64,000 nt of DNA from Flectonema sp. DT1601. Its lineage: Eukaryota. The position numbers and the translations under genes are program-made. Under the pieces are notes generated by a model. That model searched no databases, was not told the DNA's origin, and saw nothing but the letters and a program-made list of their open reading frames with translations. The DNA is taken from NCBI GenBank assembly GCA_964019425.1, contig OZ025791.1, forward strand, positions 248,001 through 312,000. Direction: 5' to 3'. Shown here piece by piece: positions 23,079 through 35,400 of this stretch (within the stretch, counting starts at the first letter, position 1; each line of letters starts with the position of its first letter).

Positions 23079-26000
23079 TGATCTTAGTTTACTTTTGTTT
23101 AGTCTATTTCCTGAAAAAAAAGATACTTGCAATACGAAAGTAACAGTACCAACTTCATTTAATATTATGAGTCGTGTATTCGATGTATTTGTGCAAGTCG
23201 ATGGCTGTATAGAATCATGAAATGTAACAAATGGATACAAAAACTCTGCTACTCGTTGATGGGAAGTATTCTTACTCTTTTTTTGGGGGAGAAAATAAAA
23301 CAAGAAACAAAGCAGTTTTAAAAAGTAAGTTGTTAAGCACGAAAATCTGCAAATTTTAAACCACAAACACGTGTAGTCCAGTGTTATGGTACAAGGACTA
23401 AGCACTACAGATGAGTACGCATATTTAACGACGAGAGCATTCAAAATTTGATTTGCTCACCGCTGCTAAAAAGTCTCTTTCGTTAGCAGTTGCAAAAAAA
23501 ACCACAGATTTTGTGCGACAAAGTACTCAAAGAAAATAATGAAATTTCAAAGGAGACGCAGGGAGGAAGTTATCTTTTTTTTTTTTTTCTTTTTTTTCCA
23601 GCTGAAGTTTCTGAACTTATATTTTTTGTATATCACCGTGTCCATGACAAACTATGTTGGTATCATAAACCAGTCTTCCACTAAGGGAACGACTTCTTTC
23701 CTGGACAAAACTTTGTGCTTCCTCTTTTGCTGAGGCAATTTTGTCCGTCAACCTTTTTTTTTTTCGTTCCGTTAAGGCACAGAAAGTTAATTTTAAAAAA
23801 AAAAAAATTAAAGACTCAATTGCCAGTCCTTTCCCTGTTTGCAAGGGAAAGGACTTTTGAGCTCCGAATACCGAAAGAACAAAGTTGTCCCTCAAAGTAG
23901 AGAAACCTAAACTGGGAACGCCCAGATCCTAATGATGGCTCCAATTATTTTTTTACTACGAGACGAAGAATACAAAAGACAGCAAGTACCTGTTGGGTTG
24001 CGAGACGAGGAGAAAAATTCAATTTTAAAAAAAGGGGACGAAATAGAGAGGAATTTTTTATATTACTGCCGACGTCACAAGGATTCTTCATAAAACGCAT
24101 CGTGTTGTCAGACAGGTTTTTTCTTTTTTGTTTTTTTATCTTTGAAAAAATTTTATGTAAAAATTTTAATATTGTCTCGCAACCCAGGACAAAGCAAGAG
24201 CCTAGGGAAAAAAGAGGGGGAAGATTGAAAGACAGGCGACCGACCGTGGATGCCGGACACCAGAAACCACTACAACGATAGGTGGTTCGTTAGTACAACA
24301 GAAAAACTACACCACGAATGAAATGAAAAAAAAAAAAAGTGAAAGGGGGAGGCAAAGAACAGATTTAACTTCTTCCTTGTCAGAAACCAACTGCACCATT
24401 TAAAACATTAAAGAAATAGTACGAACATGAAACTAACAACTGTCGTGTTTACAATCCCCCAATTATGATAATAGCAGAGAACAAGAAAAGATGACTTAAC
24501 ATGGAAATCTGCCCGCAACGGATCTAGGCAAACAGAGTAGGTCCATCCAATAGAAAATGCAAAAAGTGGTAAGGGGAAAACAAAGGTTCATGAACAGCCT
24601 TCACTTGCTAGAATCAAGACCTAAGCATCGGATTTTTGATGCGTTTAAGTACTAAGGCTAAAAAAAATCCGATGTCATCCACCAAGATAGATTAAGGGGA
24701 GCGTGGTAAAAATGGAAAAGGGGAGGGGTTTTTTTTTTTTTTTTCACTTACTTTTTCCTTGAGGAAAATGAAATAGAAGCTACGCCTCATATTTCATTCT
24801 CGCTAATCAAAGATTATAACAAAACGGGATCAACATTGACAATTATAATAATGACAAGAAACCAACACCAATTTCAAGCTTATAATTAAACCAGTCGAAA
24901 TTGAAGAAGTGACTAATTGGAGGAAACAGAAAGGGCTAACTGAGCAACCATGGTGTTCGATGGAGCAAGTATCTCGCTAGTAACAAAGTGTTGCTGCATA
25001 AGTCCTTTATTTTTTCTTCTTCAAATGATAGCACCACGTCTTTTTTAACAATTTTCTTTTCTTTTGAGAGTTGGAGGGAATAATTTCTTAATTTTGTTGT
25101 AGGATGACCAAGAAGGGAAACAGAGACAAACAATAAGGTACTGCGCCTTTGTTTACCTGCGTCTCGCTGTTCTCCTTTGGCAGATTATCAAATAAAACAA
25201 CAACAACAAAAAAAAGAATAAAATAAAATCAAAAGGGGACAAAGTAACTAATAATGTGCTCGGGGGGGAATCGTGTACGGAACCGATATTCTTATGTAAA
25301 TTTCTTTCGGCGAGACAGTCTCTGGCAGATCAGTGCAGCGGTTTTTATTAGCTAAAGCACTGGAAACTGACTTAGGGAAAACCTCGCAGCGAAAGTAGTT
25401 AGTTGTAGTTAGATAACGAATTATTATAAATGAGTACGTGAGGAAGTTTTTTGATTTTTTTTTTTTTTTTTTTTCTTCTTCTTTTTTGTTTTCTCTTCCT
25501 TCTCAATTCGGTGCCGCATTGAATTTTTTTTTTTGTTTTTTTTTTTTTTGGGGAAAAAAAACGAAAATATCCTTCCCACACGACCCCAAATTTCATTAAA
25601 AATCGAATATATGAAAAAATAAAATAAAAGAAAATACACAAAAAACACTCGCATGCCTGTTTTTCTTTTTCCCATGGTAATCTGTAAAGCAATTGCCAAG
25701 TGTTTACCCACGCAGTACATACGCCACACGCCATACAAATCAAAGAGGCTTTTGTCTCAGCTTAGGTAAACACGTTCGAGGAAACACCTTAACAGAGGTC
25801 ATAAAGAAAAGATACAAACATGTCGAACAATTATTATTATTTTTAATCAATTTTTTTTTTGTTCTTTTTCTTTCTCATTTTGTTTTAGTTCCTGACCTGC
25901 CATTGCCACTTCTGAAGCACATCCACAAACAATCACTCGGAGACATAACAATTAAACAAAGAAAACTTTGCCAACATAAAATGTTGAAAAAAAAGCAGCA

Positions 26001-26431
26001 AGGACGAGGTAAGCACGACCACAATTTTCTTTTTCTTTACTTTTCCTTTCAAAGTCTTTTCAAAATTAGAGTCAATACAGTCAGCGATGTGAAAACATTA
26101 GACAAAATTTAGAAATACAAGGATGGAAAGCAATTTTTAAGACAGTTTTAAAAAAATATATATGTGTAAAATAATTCTATTCCGACAATGGTTTAATCTT
26201 GTCGAAGGGGAATTAGCAAGATGTGACCTTAGTCTTCACATCGCTTATTGACAAACGAAATAAAATGCGTAAAAATGAAAAGTTAGTGACCTTTCTCCAG
26301 TAGTCGCCACAGTTCTTTTAATGAGGGGAGGTCAGATTTCCTTTCTCTCACGTGATTCGTCTTTTGTTTTTGTTTTTTTTCATTTTAACATTTTCCAATT
26401 TTTTGTGTTTTATATTTATTTTTTTGTCAGT

Positions 26432-26463
<32 letters not shown>

Positions 26464-26725
26464 CAATTCACTGTTAGACCCGTCCGAATTGTCTTCTGAT
26501 AGCATTTGAAGGGCATTTCGCACTTCCTAGAATAACAGCACAACGACGAGTAGTTCACACGTAGCAAAAACTGGGTTAAGGATGGGAAATGCCAAAATGC
26601 GATTAACACATTAGGAATTGAGGAAGGGAGCGACTGAATCAACGGAGGAGGATAACCTTTGTGACCTAACAAATGGGAATAATGATAAAAACTGATAAAG
26701 TTAAATAACACGATGAGGATTCATC

Positions 26726-28670
26726 TTAAGCCATCTTTGGCTTTCTGTGAACTGCACGCTTTCTTCCCCAAGCCTGCCCCACGAGGGCAAGACCATCAAT
26801 CCAAGCAGTAGTTGGGTTGAGGCAGTGCAAGAAACCCAACTCAGACGCCGAGTAGTCGTATGGGTAGGTGTGGTGCCTGTGTTGTTTGTTTTGTTTGAAA
26901 GGTTTTAATACTAACAGTCTACGACTAATAATTTCAAATACTTCTATTTGAAATTATTTGTTGATGTGTCGTAGACAAGAAACAAAGTAAACCATACCAG
27001 TTGTGGTATCCCTCACCAACAGCAACAAGGGTAGTGAACCAGGACTCAGATGGGTACATATTTGGAGTGTACGGACGGGATCCGAAAGTGTGCGCAACAC
27101 TGTTGACGGTCCAAGTAGCGTGGAGGCACATCAACCATCTGGCGCATCCGAGGATCAAAAATCCGAGCCATGCCTCGTTGTACACGTAATGAGAGTAGAT
27201 GGCTGGAAGAACGAAACAGAAGAATACATTCCACAATGGGTCACAGACGTGCTGAATACGAACGAGAGGGTCCTTCAATAAGTCACTGCAGTCGATCTTC
27301 TTTCCTGCTTCCTTAACGGCCTGTCTCTTCTTGAGAAGAAGCCATCCCATGTGGGAGTAGAAGAATCCTCTGGTGATGTCGTGAGGGTCAGACTCGGTGT
27401 CAGACTTGGCGTGGTGAACTCTGTGGTCTCTTGCCCAGTGGTAAATTGTTCCCTGGTTAGCAATACTGTTAGCAATCATCATAATAAGTCTTGCTGGGAA
27501 GTGTGCCTGGTAAGAACGGTGAGCCCAGAGACGGTGAGCACCACCCGTAATTCCCAACATTCCAGTAACTGGGTACAAAATCCAAGCGTCACGCCAAAGT
27601 GACCAGAAGTTTCCGTTGTTCCAAACAATAATTGATCCATAAACAGCTAGGGAGTGGATCACAATAAGGAAGATGGTCATAACCCAGTTAACGTCACCCC
27701 ACTGCCACTCATTTCTTTGCTGAAGACCTCCACTGGCTTCCTGAAGTTGCTTCAACAAGTCACCAGGGCAAGGGAAAGTCGTAAAGAGTGAGTCAGGAAG
27801 AGATGCACCTACCGGGCATTTCTCACGGAGAAGGTTCAACAAAGGCTTCTCGTGTGAGGTTTTGACTCCAAGGCTTTCCCATGATGACCCACCAACTCCA
27901 GCGGACTCAATCTTCCAGTCGCTCAACTCAACTCCGCTGACTTCCTTAATTGATCCCTTCAGGAAGTCCTTCGCTGATACGTCAGATCCAAATCCGAGAA
28001 CACCACATTCGGTGTTGGTCTTGTCGTAGATGTTCTTCCATGAAGGAGAGTCCTTGCTGGTGATGAACTGGGCTACTGAGTTCTCGAGGTTCTTCGAATC
28101 TCTCAAGTCCAAGGAGTTAACTCCCGCAAGAACCGGCATACGGAGAGGCTTAAACTTGATACCTTTGTCGGTCCAAGTCTTAGCAACATCCTTCTCTCCA
28201 TTGAGTCCAGCATAGAAAGCGGCACGTACGGCAGTTGCGCTGTTGTGTCCGAAGTCAGCGTCTGACGAAGACGAGGCGAAGGCAATCGCTGAGAGAAGAC
28301 CCGACTGGTCTCCTGAAGCAGCGACGAAGTCACCTTCAGTTTCTGGAACACCCTTTCCGGATGTCTTCATGTGAAGGAAGAAGTTGGCAAGCTGGGAGAT
28401 GGTAGAAACGGATTCAGCCATTCCTGGGTGCTTCAATTTAGATTCGATAGTGTCCTTCTCAAGGGCTTCTAAAAGGTTAAATTCCTTCTCAAGAACTTCA
28501 TCATCTCCGTATAGCTCTGGGTAACACTCTCCAAGGGCTTCAGCGCAAGTCTCCATGAACGGCTTCATGATAGCTGTGTGCTCCTTGAAAACGCGAACTA
28601 AGTCGCTAGCCATGACTGCACCCTTTCCGCTGAACACAGCCAGCTTTCCGGTAATTGTATCAATACTCAT
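26726..28670 (-). CDS. Delta9-type acyl-CoA desaturase fused to N-terminal degenerate SAT/acyltransferase and ACP-like domains; 2 exons (28670-26998, 26876-26726)
   Basis: His boxes HRLWAH, HRVHH and HNWHH (the last split by a 121-nt GT-AG intron; exon 2 reads HHTYPYDYSASELG...NPTTAWID). The N-terminal ~310 aa resemble FAS AT and PKS ACP domains. Confidence 0.9.
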
Positions 28671-29250
28671 CGTATTATTTGATGTGCCTGTTGATAAAAA
28701 TAATACTGTGAGAGACAGAGGGTCGAATATACAAATAGATTTCCTCTTACCTATCCTACTCCCACATACTACCTGCAGACAGAATAATAAAAGTGATAAA
28801 CAGAATGAAATGCAAGAGAACTATTGAAATTGACAGAAGTTACTTTTTGAGGCGGATAACTGGGAGAGGCCTTAACATGTCTGACTGAGCGACACAGTCA
28901 ATAGGTTATATAAATATGTTGGGTAAAATAATTAAAAGAAGAAGAAAAATGACATCCCTACTGAACAATGCCAACTAACGCCTTCTAAAACAAAAGTTGG
29001 CTAAAAGTTATCATTGTGTAAGAAGCTAGCAACATCGAGCTGCATATTAATTTTGTTCAGTGTTATGCCAAAAAAAGAGAGACGAGGGTTGGGGGAGAGT
29101 AAAGAAACTATTCACAAGATAAAAAAAGTAAAAAAAAGATATAAAGAAGGAGTGATTCGAACCTTCTAATCACCCACTTCACTGATGTGTAAAGGTCCTT
29201 GCAGTGTAGGTAGCCGGCTATGAACATAACGTACCAAATAACCAACAACA

Positions 29251-29738
29251 TTACTCACGGAAAAAGAAGAATTTAGTTGTATCTCTTCCAGTATCCGGGT
29301 GTGTAACTGTGTTCGTCCCCTGTTTATAATTAGTTTTATTGTGGTAGCCCTATAAAAGAAGGGTTAGTTGGTTATTTGACAAACCTTTAATTTCCAGTCC
29401 TCCCCTTCAAGACATTCAATCATGGTTAAGAAAATCATCGATCTGTTTTTTTCTTTTTTTTTTTTTTTCTTCAACGTATCTCACGAATAAGAAAATAAAA
29501 ACAGAAAAAAAGCAAACCTTCCAAGCTGGTCGCAGTAGTGCTGTCCGAGATCTGAGTGCCAGTGTGGAGGATGTTGGATGTAAACAAACTTTGGAAGTTC
29601 TTTCTTCGGTGATACAGATGTAGTTGTGACTGCTGGAAGTCTTTGATCAAGTTTATGAACAGTCTCCTCTCGGAGAGTACATCCCATCATTTTGATGGTT
29701 GGCGGGTTAAATGTACAATTTACAACCAAATGCGGCAT
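29251..29738 (-). CDS. Small conserved-looking hypothetical protein (~115 aa); 3 exons (29738-29518, 29442-29385, 29319-29251)
   Basis: Two GT-AG introns give the continuous frame ...HYCDQLGRSMIFLTMIECLEGEDWKLKGTNTVTHPDTGRDTTKFFFFRE*. Confidence 0.8.
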
Positions 29739-31104
29739 TTTATTGAGTCAGATGTGTATTTCTACGGAGAGAATATAAAAAATTAGAAGACTACTTCAAC
29801 TAAACAACTCTCGTCTGTTGTCACATCTCTTCATATCATGTTGTTGTTGTTCTGCTATCGTTGAAAAAAACAAAAGAATCAAAACAAACATTATTTTCGT
29901 TCACTATTTCAACCACAAGAATTAGGAGCCCGGTGATATCAGCCTCAAAGAACCATAGCTTGGAACACAAAAAAGTATTCTTTACAGGTGACCAGGGGAG
30001 GGTACAGGGAACAAATGAATAAACACCAAATAGTGATTCTACAAGAAGGAAATTGAAAACTCTGCTTTGTCCTCAACTACCCATGCAGGTAGATTAGCGA
30101 TACCAGTAGAGATTAGCTCCAACCAGAATTGAGTTATCAGTTGTGGAGTTCTTTCTCGCGGCGCTACAGAAGATGTGCAAAAGAAAAGTTGCGTAATCTC
30201 TCGTTGGAAGTCACAAATGATTTCATATGGAACCACTTAGTTGTAACGAGCATACTGCAGGTACTTAAAGACATTGGATTCTTTTGACCTTCTACAAAAA
30301 GTATCTTACCTGTGACACTACTTTTCATCTAATCTGGTAGCGTAGTCGGCTCACACGCCATTGCTCTTTTCGTCCAGATGGCTGATTTTTTTTTTTAAAA
30401 AAAAAAAACTTAATCTGTGTTGGTCACTTTTTTGGGGAATTTCACCAATTTTCCTCTTTTTTTTTTTTTTTTTTTTTTTTTCCAATAGTTTGTGGGGAAG
30501 GATGGGGACGCAAATAAGAAAAGAAATGAATAAAAAAAAACACGAGACTACTTTTTTTCGCTAGTTGTGTTTACTTGTTTTTTTTCTTCTTCTTCTTCTT
30601 TTTTCTTTATTTCTTAATTATTAATTTTCAGTAATGGAAGGATAGTTATGTACACAATTTACCTCAAGTTCTTTCTTTATAAGAACAAGGGATGTAACCG
30701 TACACCTCACAATAACGATAGAGTCACTGCCTTACACAACTTCGAGCTGCACAAAAAACAAAAATAAAAATGGAGAATAAAGTCATAGGCAGCACCTGCT
30801 AAAAAGCTTTATGGTGACAACGCTATCATATCTACAGTAAACAACACAGTTGCTTTCGCTTCTGATTGAGATACGAAATGCATGTGCGAATATCGTACCA
30901 ATGATCCCCTGTTGAGGAGGTCCTGGTTGTAGTTCCTTCTCTGATTAGAAAATATTTTAAAAAAAAATATACGGTAAAGAGGGGGATGGGAATAAACATC
31001 ATTTCTTATGTAATTATATGCAAGAGAGAACACTTTTTTTCGAAAAAAAACAAAAATTAAATTACCGCTAACGACTCATTATAATAAATAAGTTTATCAA
31101 ACGT

Positions 31105-32044
31105 CTAGACGGCACCGTACATGGAGCGGGAAGGACCTCCCGTCCATGAGCTGCTTGCAGAGGAGGAAGCTGGGTAACCCATATCCTCAAGCTTGTCCTC
31201 AACGGATTCTGGAAGGTATCCAGGCTTTCTGTGCTTCACAGCGACCATCGCGGCAATGAGAGCCAACATTGGAATTAACAAAACTGAGGCGGAAGCTGGC
31301 TTCACAGTCTTCGCTGCGGTGGCGGTGGTCTCCTCAGCAACCTTCACTGGCTGTGCTGCGGCCTTCAAAGACTGAGTCTTTAATTCAACTTCGCTTCCAG
31401 TAGTGTGAGTGTCTGCCTGTTTCTCAACAGAGTCTGGCTTGACAGCCTGCTCAATAGCAGCCTGTTCCTTGGTAGCAGCCTGCTTGACTGGTTCAGCGTT
31501 AATTGCGAGGTTAATCTTCTCGTTGATAGCATTAATCTCTTTGGCTGAAAGTTTGATACCAGTTACTTCCTTAACTGGTGCTTCTTCTTGTTTGTGGACG
31601 TTGATGTGAATGTCGAGTTTAACATCCTTGTTCTGTTCAGTAACTGGAAGAGATTGCGACTGAACCTGACGGTTAGTCTCTGGGAGTGCGGCGGTTGTCT
31701 TAACTTGGTCGATGACTGGTTCAGTAATTTCCTGTGTTTGTGTTTTGATAGTTATCTAAATAACAATAACTAATCCAACTCTTTAAGTATAATAGATATC
31801 TTAGTGTAAGATGAGTCTCTATGAAATAATACAAACCTGCTTTACTTCTCTAACTGTAGCCATTGAAGCAGCGTGGTGTCTTGCTCCAGTTGAGGCACTG
31901 ATGGCCATGAGTGCGAACACTCCAAACTGCGTTATTATTGTTTTTTATGTTTTTACATCTCAAATAATAAAATAATCGATACGCTAATTGAAGAACAAAT
32001 CTACACACCGCAATGAATGCCGCCTTGGCGAGGTTTCCGTTCAT
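31105..32044 (-). CDS. Signal-peptide-bearing type I membrane protein with a low-complexity ectodomain; 3 exons (32044-32009, 31926-31837, 31731-31105)
   Basis: Spliced N-terminus MNGNLAKAAFIAFGVFALMAISASTG; transmembrane segment VLLIPMLALIAAMVAV; tail ends YGAV. Confidence 0.75.
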
Positions 32045-32455
32045 TTCAATGGTTGAATTACTTTAGAAAATGAAGTCATTTTTTGATACCAAAACAAATT
32101 AACTTTTGACTTGAGAGATCAGAATATCATTATTGTTTGTACCACCTGTTAGAAAAAAAAAAAAATAATAACAGGTTAAATTTAAATTTTCGTTCTTTTT
32201 AATCATAAGGTCTTTCCCAACACATCGAGTGAGTAGAAAAATAACAAAATCCCAAATAGTACTGTCATCCAATTGACTACACAGAAGTACACATCAGTGG
32301 AAAAACAGACAAATAAGTGTAACTTAATAAAAACAGTATGAAGAAGGTACTGACTGCCATACGTACGGTAGCACGAGAAGCAGACTGCTATTGCAGTGTA
32401 AATTGTAAGGTTATATTAAGAGAGGAGTTCTCTAATTTTTAGAGATAAAAAGTCA

Positions 32456-35400
32456 TCAACCTACAACAAGAACCAACTGCAGTAAAATAATAAAATAAAT
32501 TACCGGATTCACTTCATCAACACCAGAATAAGATACAATACTATCAGGAAGTGGTGTTGCAAGTGACGGAAGTGGTGTTGGAACAGGTCGAGGTAAAGTC
32601 GGTACTGGAGTAGGTTTTGGTAATAAAGTCATCACAACACTGGAATTTGTTATATTCAGACCAGGTAGAGTTCTAATTTCAGAATTTGGATCTTCAATAG
32701 CCGCAATAAAAGCGTCGACTACTTCAGAGTAAGAACCGATTGCACTTCCAACTAATATTTCTGTTTCTAAAACAGTAGAACACCCACCAAGACAACTAAC
32801 TGCGAGAGGTTCATATTTATTTCTGTTTGTTGTGTTGCCGATATTCTCAAGACAGGCAGATGTTAATTTTAAGTTTTCGGAAATACCTCCCGACAGAGGT
32901 GATCGACCAATCCTACACGCCCACGTAATTCTAATACTGGATAACAGCTCAGGAGATTGCAAATTAGCAGCTGTTGACTTTAACAGCGCGGATTCGATTG
33001 AAATAAAATTAAGACTTCGAAGAGGCGTATCCCCAACGTCTATTTGAACAATCGGAACTTTGATTGCTGTACCTGCAGTTGGGGAATCTGTTGGAATTAT
33101 AATAGTGTCTCCCACTTCAAAGACTGATGTAGTTGTTATAAACTTCCCACAACTTGAAGTGATATCAATCAAAGGATCTGACAAGCAGCGTAGTTTAAAA
33201 ACAGCCATACCACACCAACCAATAAATGCTAAGTTATAAACAGTTCCAATACCTTCAGATAAAGGAACCACACTCCAAGGTGTTGTAGTGTCGAGTACAC
33301 CAGTTGATATAACACCAACATCAAAAGTATTATTTGGTACTCTTGAATCTAAACATTCCGCCACCAGCTCAATAAATGAACTACTATCACCCAGAACAGT
33401 GTTATTACCTTTGTCAATCAGACCAACTTCAACTGAAAATGCTACCCCTGGAATGGCTCTCAGTCCATACAACACTACTGATTGAGGGTCTGATATCTTT
33501 CTCTGTTCTGTAACGTTTTTAAAAGCGCTATTCACTTGAAGAGGACAGTTATTTAGAAAGCAAGGAATTCCTTGAAAGGAAAAGCCAGCAACCTCCTGTC
33601 CGACGAATTGCAATGCCAACCTGTAATAAGGATCTCCGAAATCGACAGCACTAAGAACGAGTGATGTCAATCCAACTGGTCCAGAGTAGAATGCTTTTTT
33701 AATTACAGCAATACCGTTTTGAAGGGTGAAATCATCTCCAGAAGCTCCCTCTGCAGAACTTAAGAACCAACTCTTACTGGCAGCAGTACAAGGAGGTACA
33801 ATCTGTAAAGAACAACTACTAATACCAACAGCTAAACAAGTAGTACTGACGTAAGGTGGGGTACCAGAACTGTCTACTAAGAGACAAGGTACATCTCCTG
33901 GTCTTATTGATATAGTGTCGTTACTCATGAACCGACCTCCCAAATAATTAAAAGCAACAATCCTAAATGACAAAACGAATCCACTAACAATATTCATATT
34001 AAACTCATAAGGTAACCAACCAATACTAATTGACTGTCGTACTTCTATTAAAACCTTCTCTACTTCATGTGATGATTTGATGACAGGAAGAACGAGATAC
34101 GAGTTTGAATCAGCAACAGAAACAACCCATCGATAATAACCTTCCTTCTTTATGATAACTTTTATAACTACGTTACCTTTTATTGCTGTTGCATTGCTGA
34201 TATGGATGTAGTCATTTTCTAAAGTGATTTCATTCTTTATCGGTTTTAATAACTTAACGTTAGTGTAATAGTCTCCAAGATGTTTATTTCCAGTAATGTC
34301 GATTGTTTTAATATTTATGTTGAGAGGTTTTCCTATAATTGCTTTTAACATCTTACCTTTGGTATTGAAAGTCGCATCTGTGAATTTTATTCCCTTTACT
34401 GGTAGAACAGTTGTGGTAAAGAATGAAATATCACTTCCTGCAGGAGTTCCCTTGATGCTTATGTTACATAAACCAGATGATGATGATGGCTGATTAAAAT
34501 ATCCAAACACCTGAATTGATGTTTTATTTTCAGGTACCGTAAACACGACATCTTCAAGAACGAAACACTTCGCAGGAAATGATTGAAACCCAGACCGTAT
34601 TCTAGTGATTGCTGCAGTCGTTGATGAACTCCAATCAAGTTTTGGAATTTTTGACCAAAAAACTGTTTGAAAAATATCATTTCCATACAATTCATATAAC
34701 AGTTGTTGAGGATGATGAGGAGCTGCCACAGCACTACCTTCTGATAGGATTAGTGTTTTCGTTGATTTCCAAAACCATTTTTGTGAACTTTGTTGTTGAA
34801 TCAAAACCGATGCAGTCGCACTCATATTTTTATAATTAAACAAAACATGACAAGAACCATAACCAGAGTAGAACATCACTGAAAAGACCGCCGTTGATCC
34901 TTCGATAAAACTTTCAGACTGCAAATTATAATGACAAGGATGAGTACCGTCAACACATTGAGAGCAATCCCACGTCGCTTTTACTATTTTAGACTCATTC
35001 AGACTGCTACTGTTGAATGGATGACCTCTAATTGCGAGAGGTGTTGAGCTATCTTCACTAAACAAGTAAATAAAACTAACAGTAATTAGAAGTAAAGAAT
35101 TAGCTCTGCTGCTAATTTCACCAGATGGGGTGATGACTATCTTATTAGCTGGGTGACTCCATTCTATTGTAACATCTCTTCCCAACACATCAACAGTTTT
35201 TAAGTTATCGAATCCTCCAAATGATATTTCTACCGGAATTGACTCTGAATGTTCATTCGATAAACTTGCTGTAATAAAACCAACATCCCATGAACCCTTC
35301 TTTACACCACTCATATGCTTTGTTATCGGGATGCCATTGTAGAGACGTTGTTTTATTTCAACTGTTGGATGTCCCTTGCTTATTAATACATTTCGTCTAC

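Noticed and set aside
29100..29230. GGTTCGAATC (B-box/T-loop-like) on the minus strand suggesting a tRNA
   Set aside because: No T-stem, acceptor stem or cloverleaf can be formed around it.
30039..30310. 65-aa minus ORF with a nearby GTAAG donor and CAG acceptor
   Set aside because: No in-frame ATG or convincing spliced product could be built.
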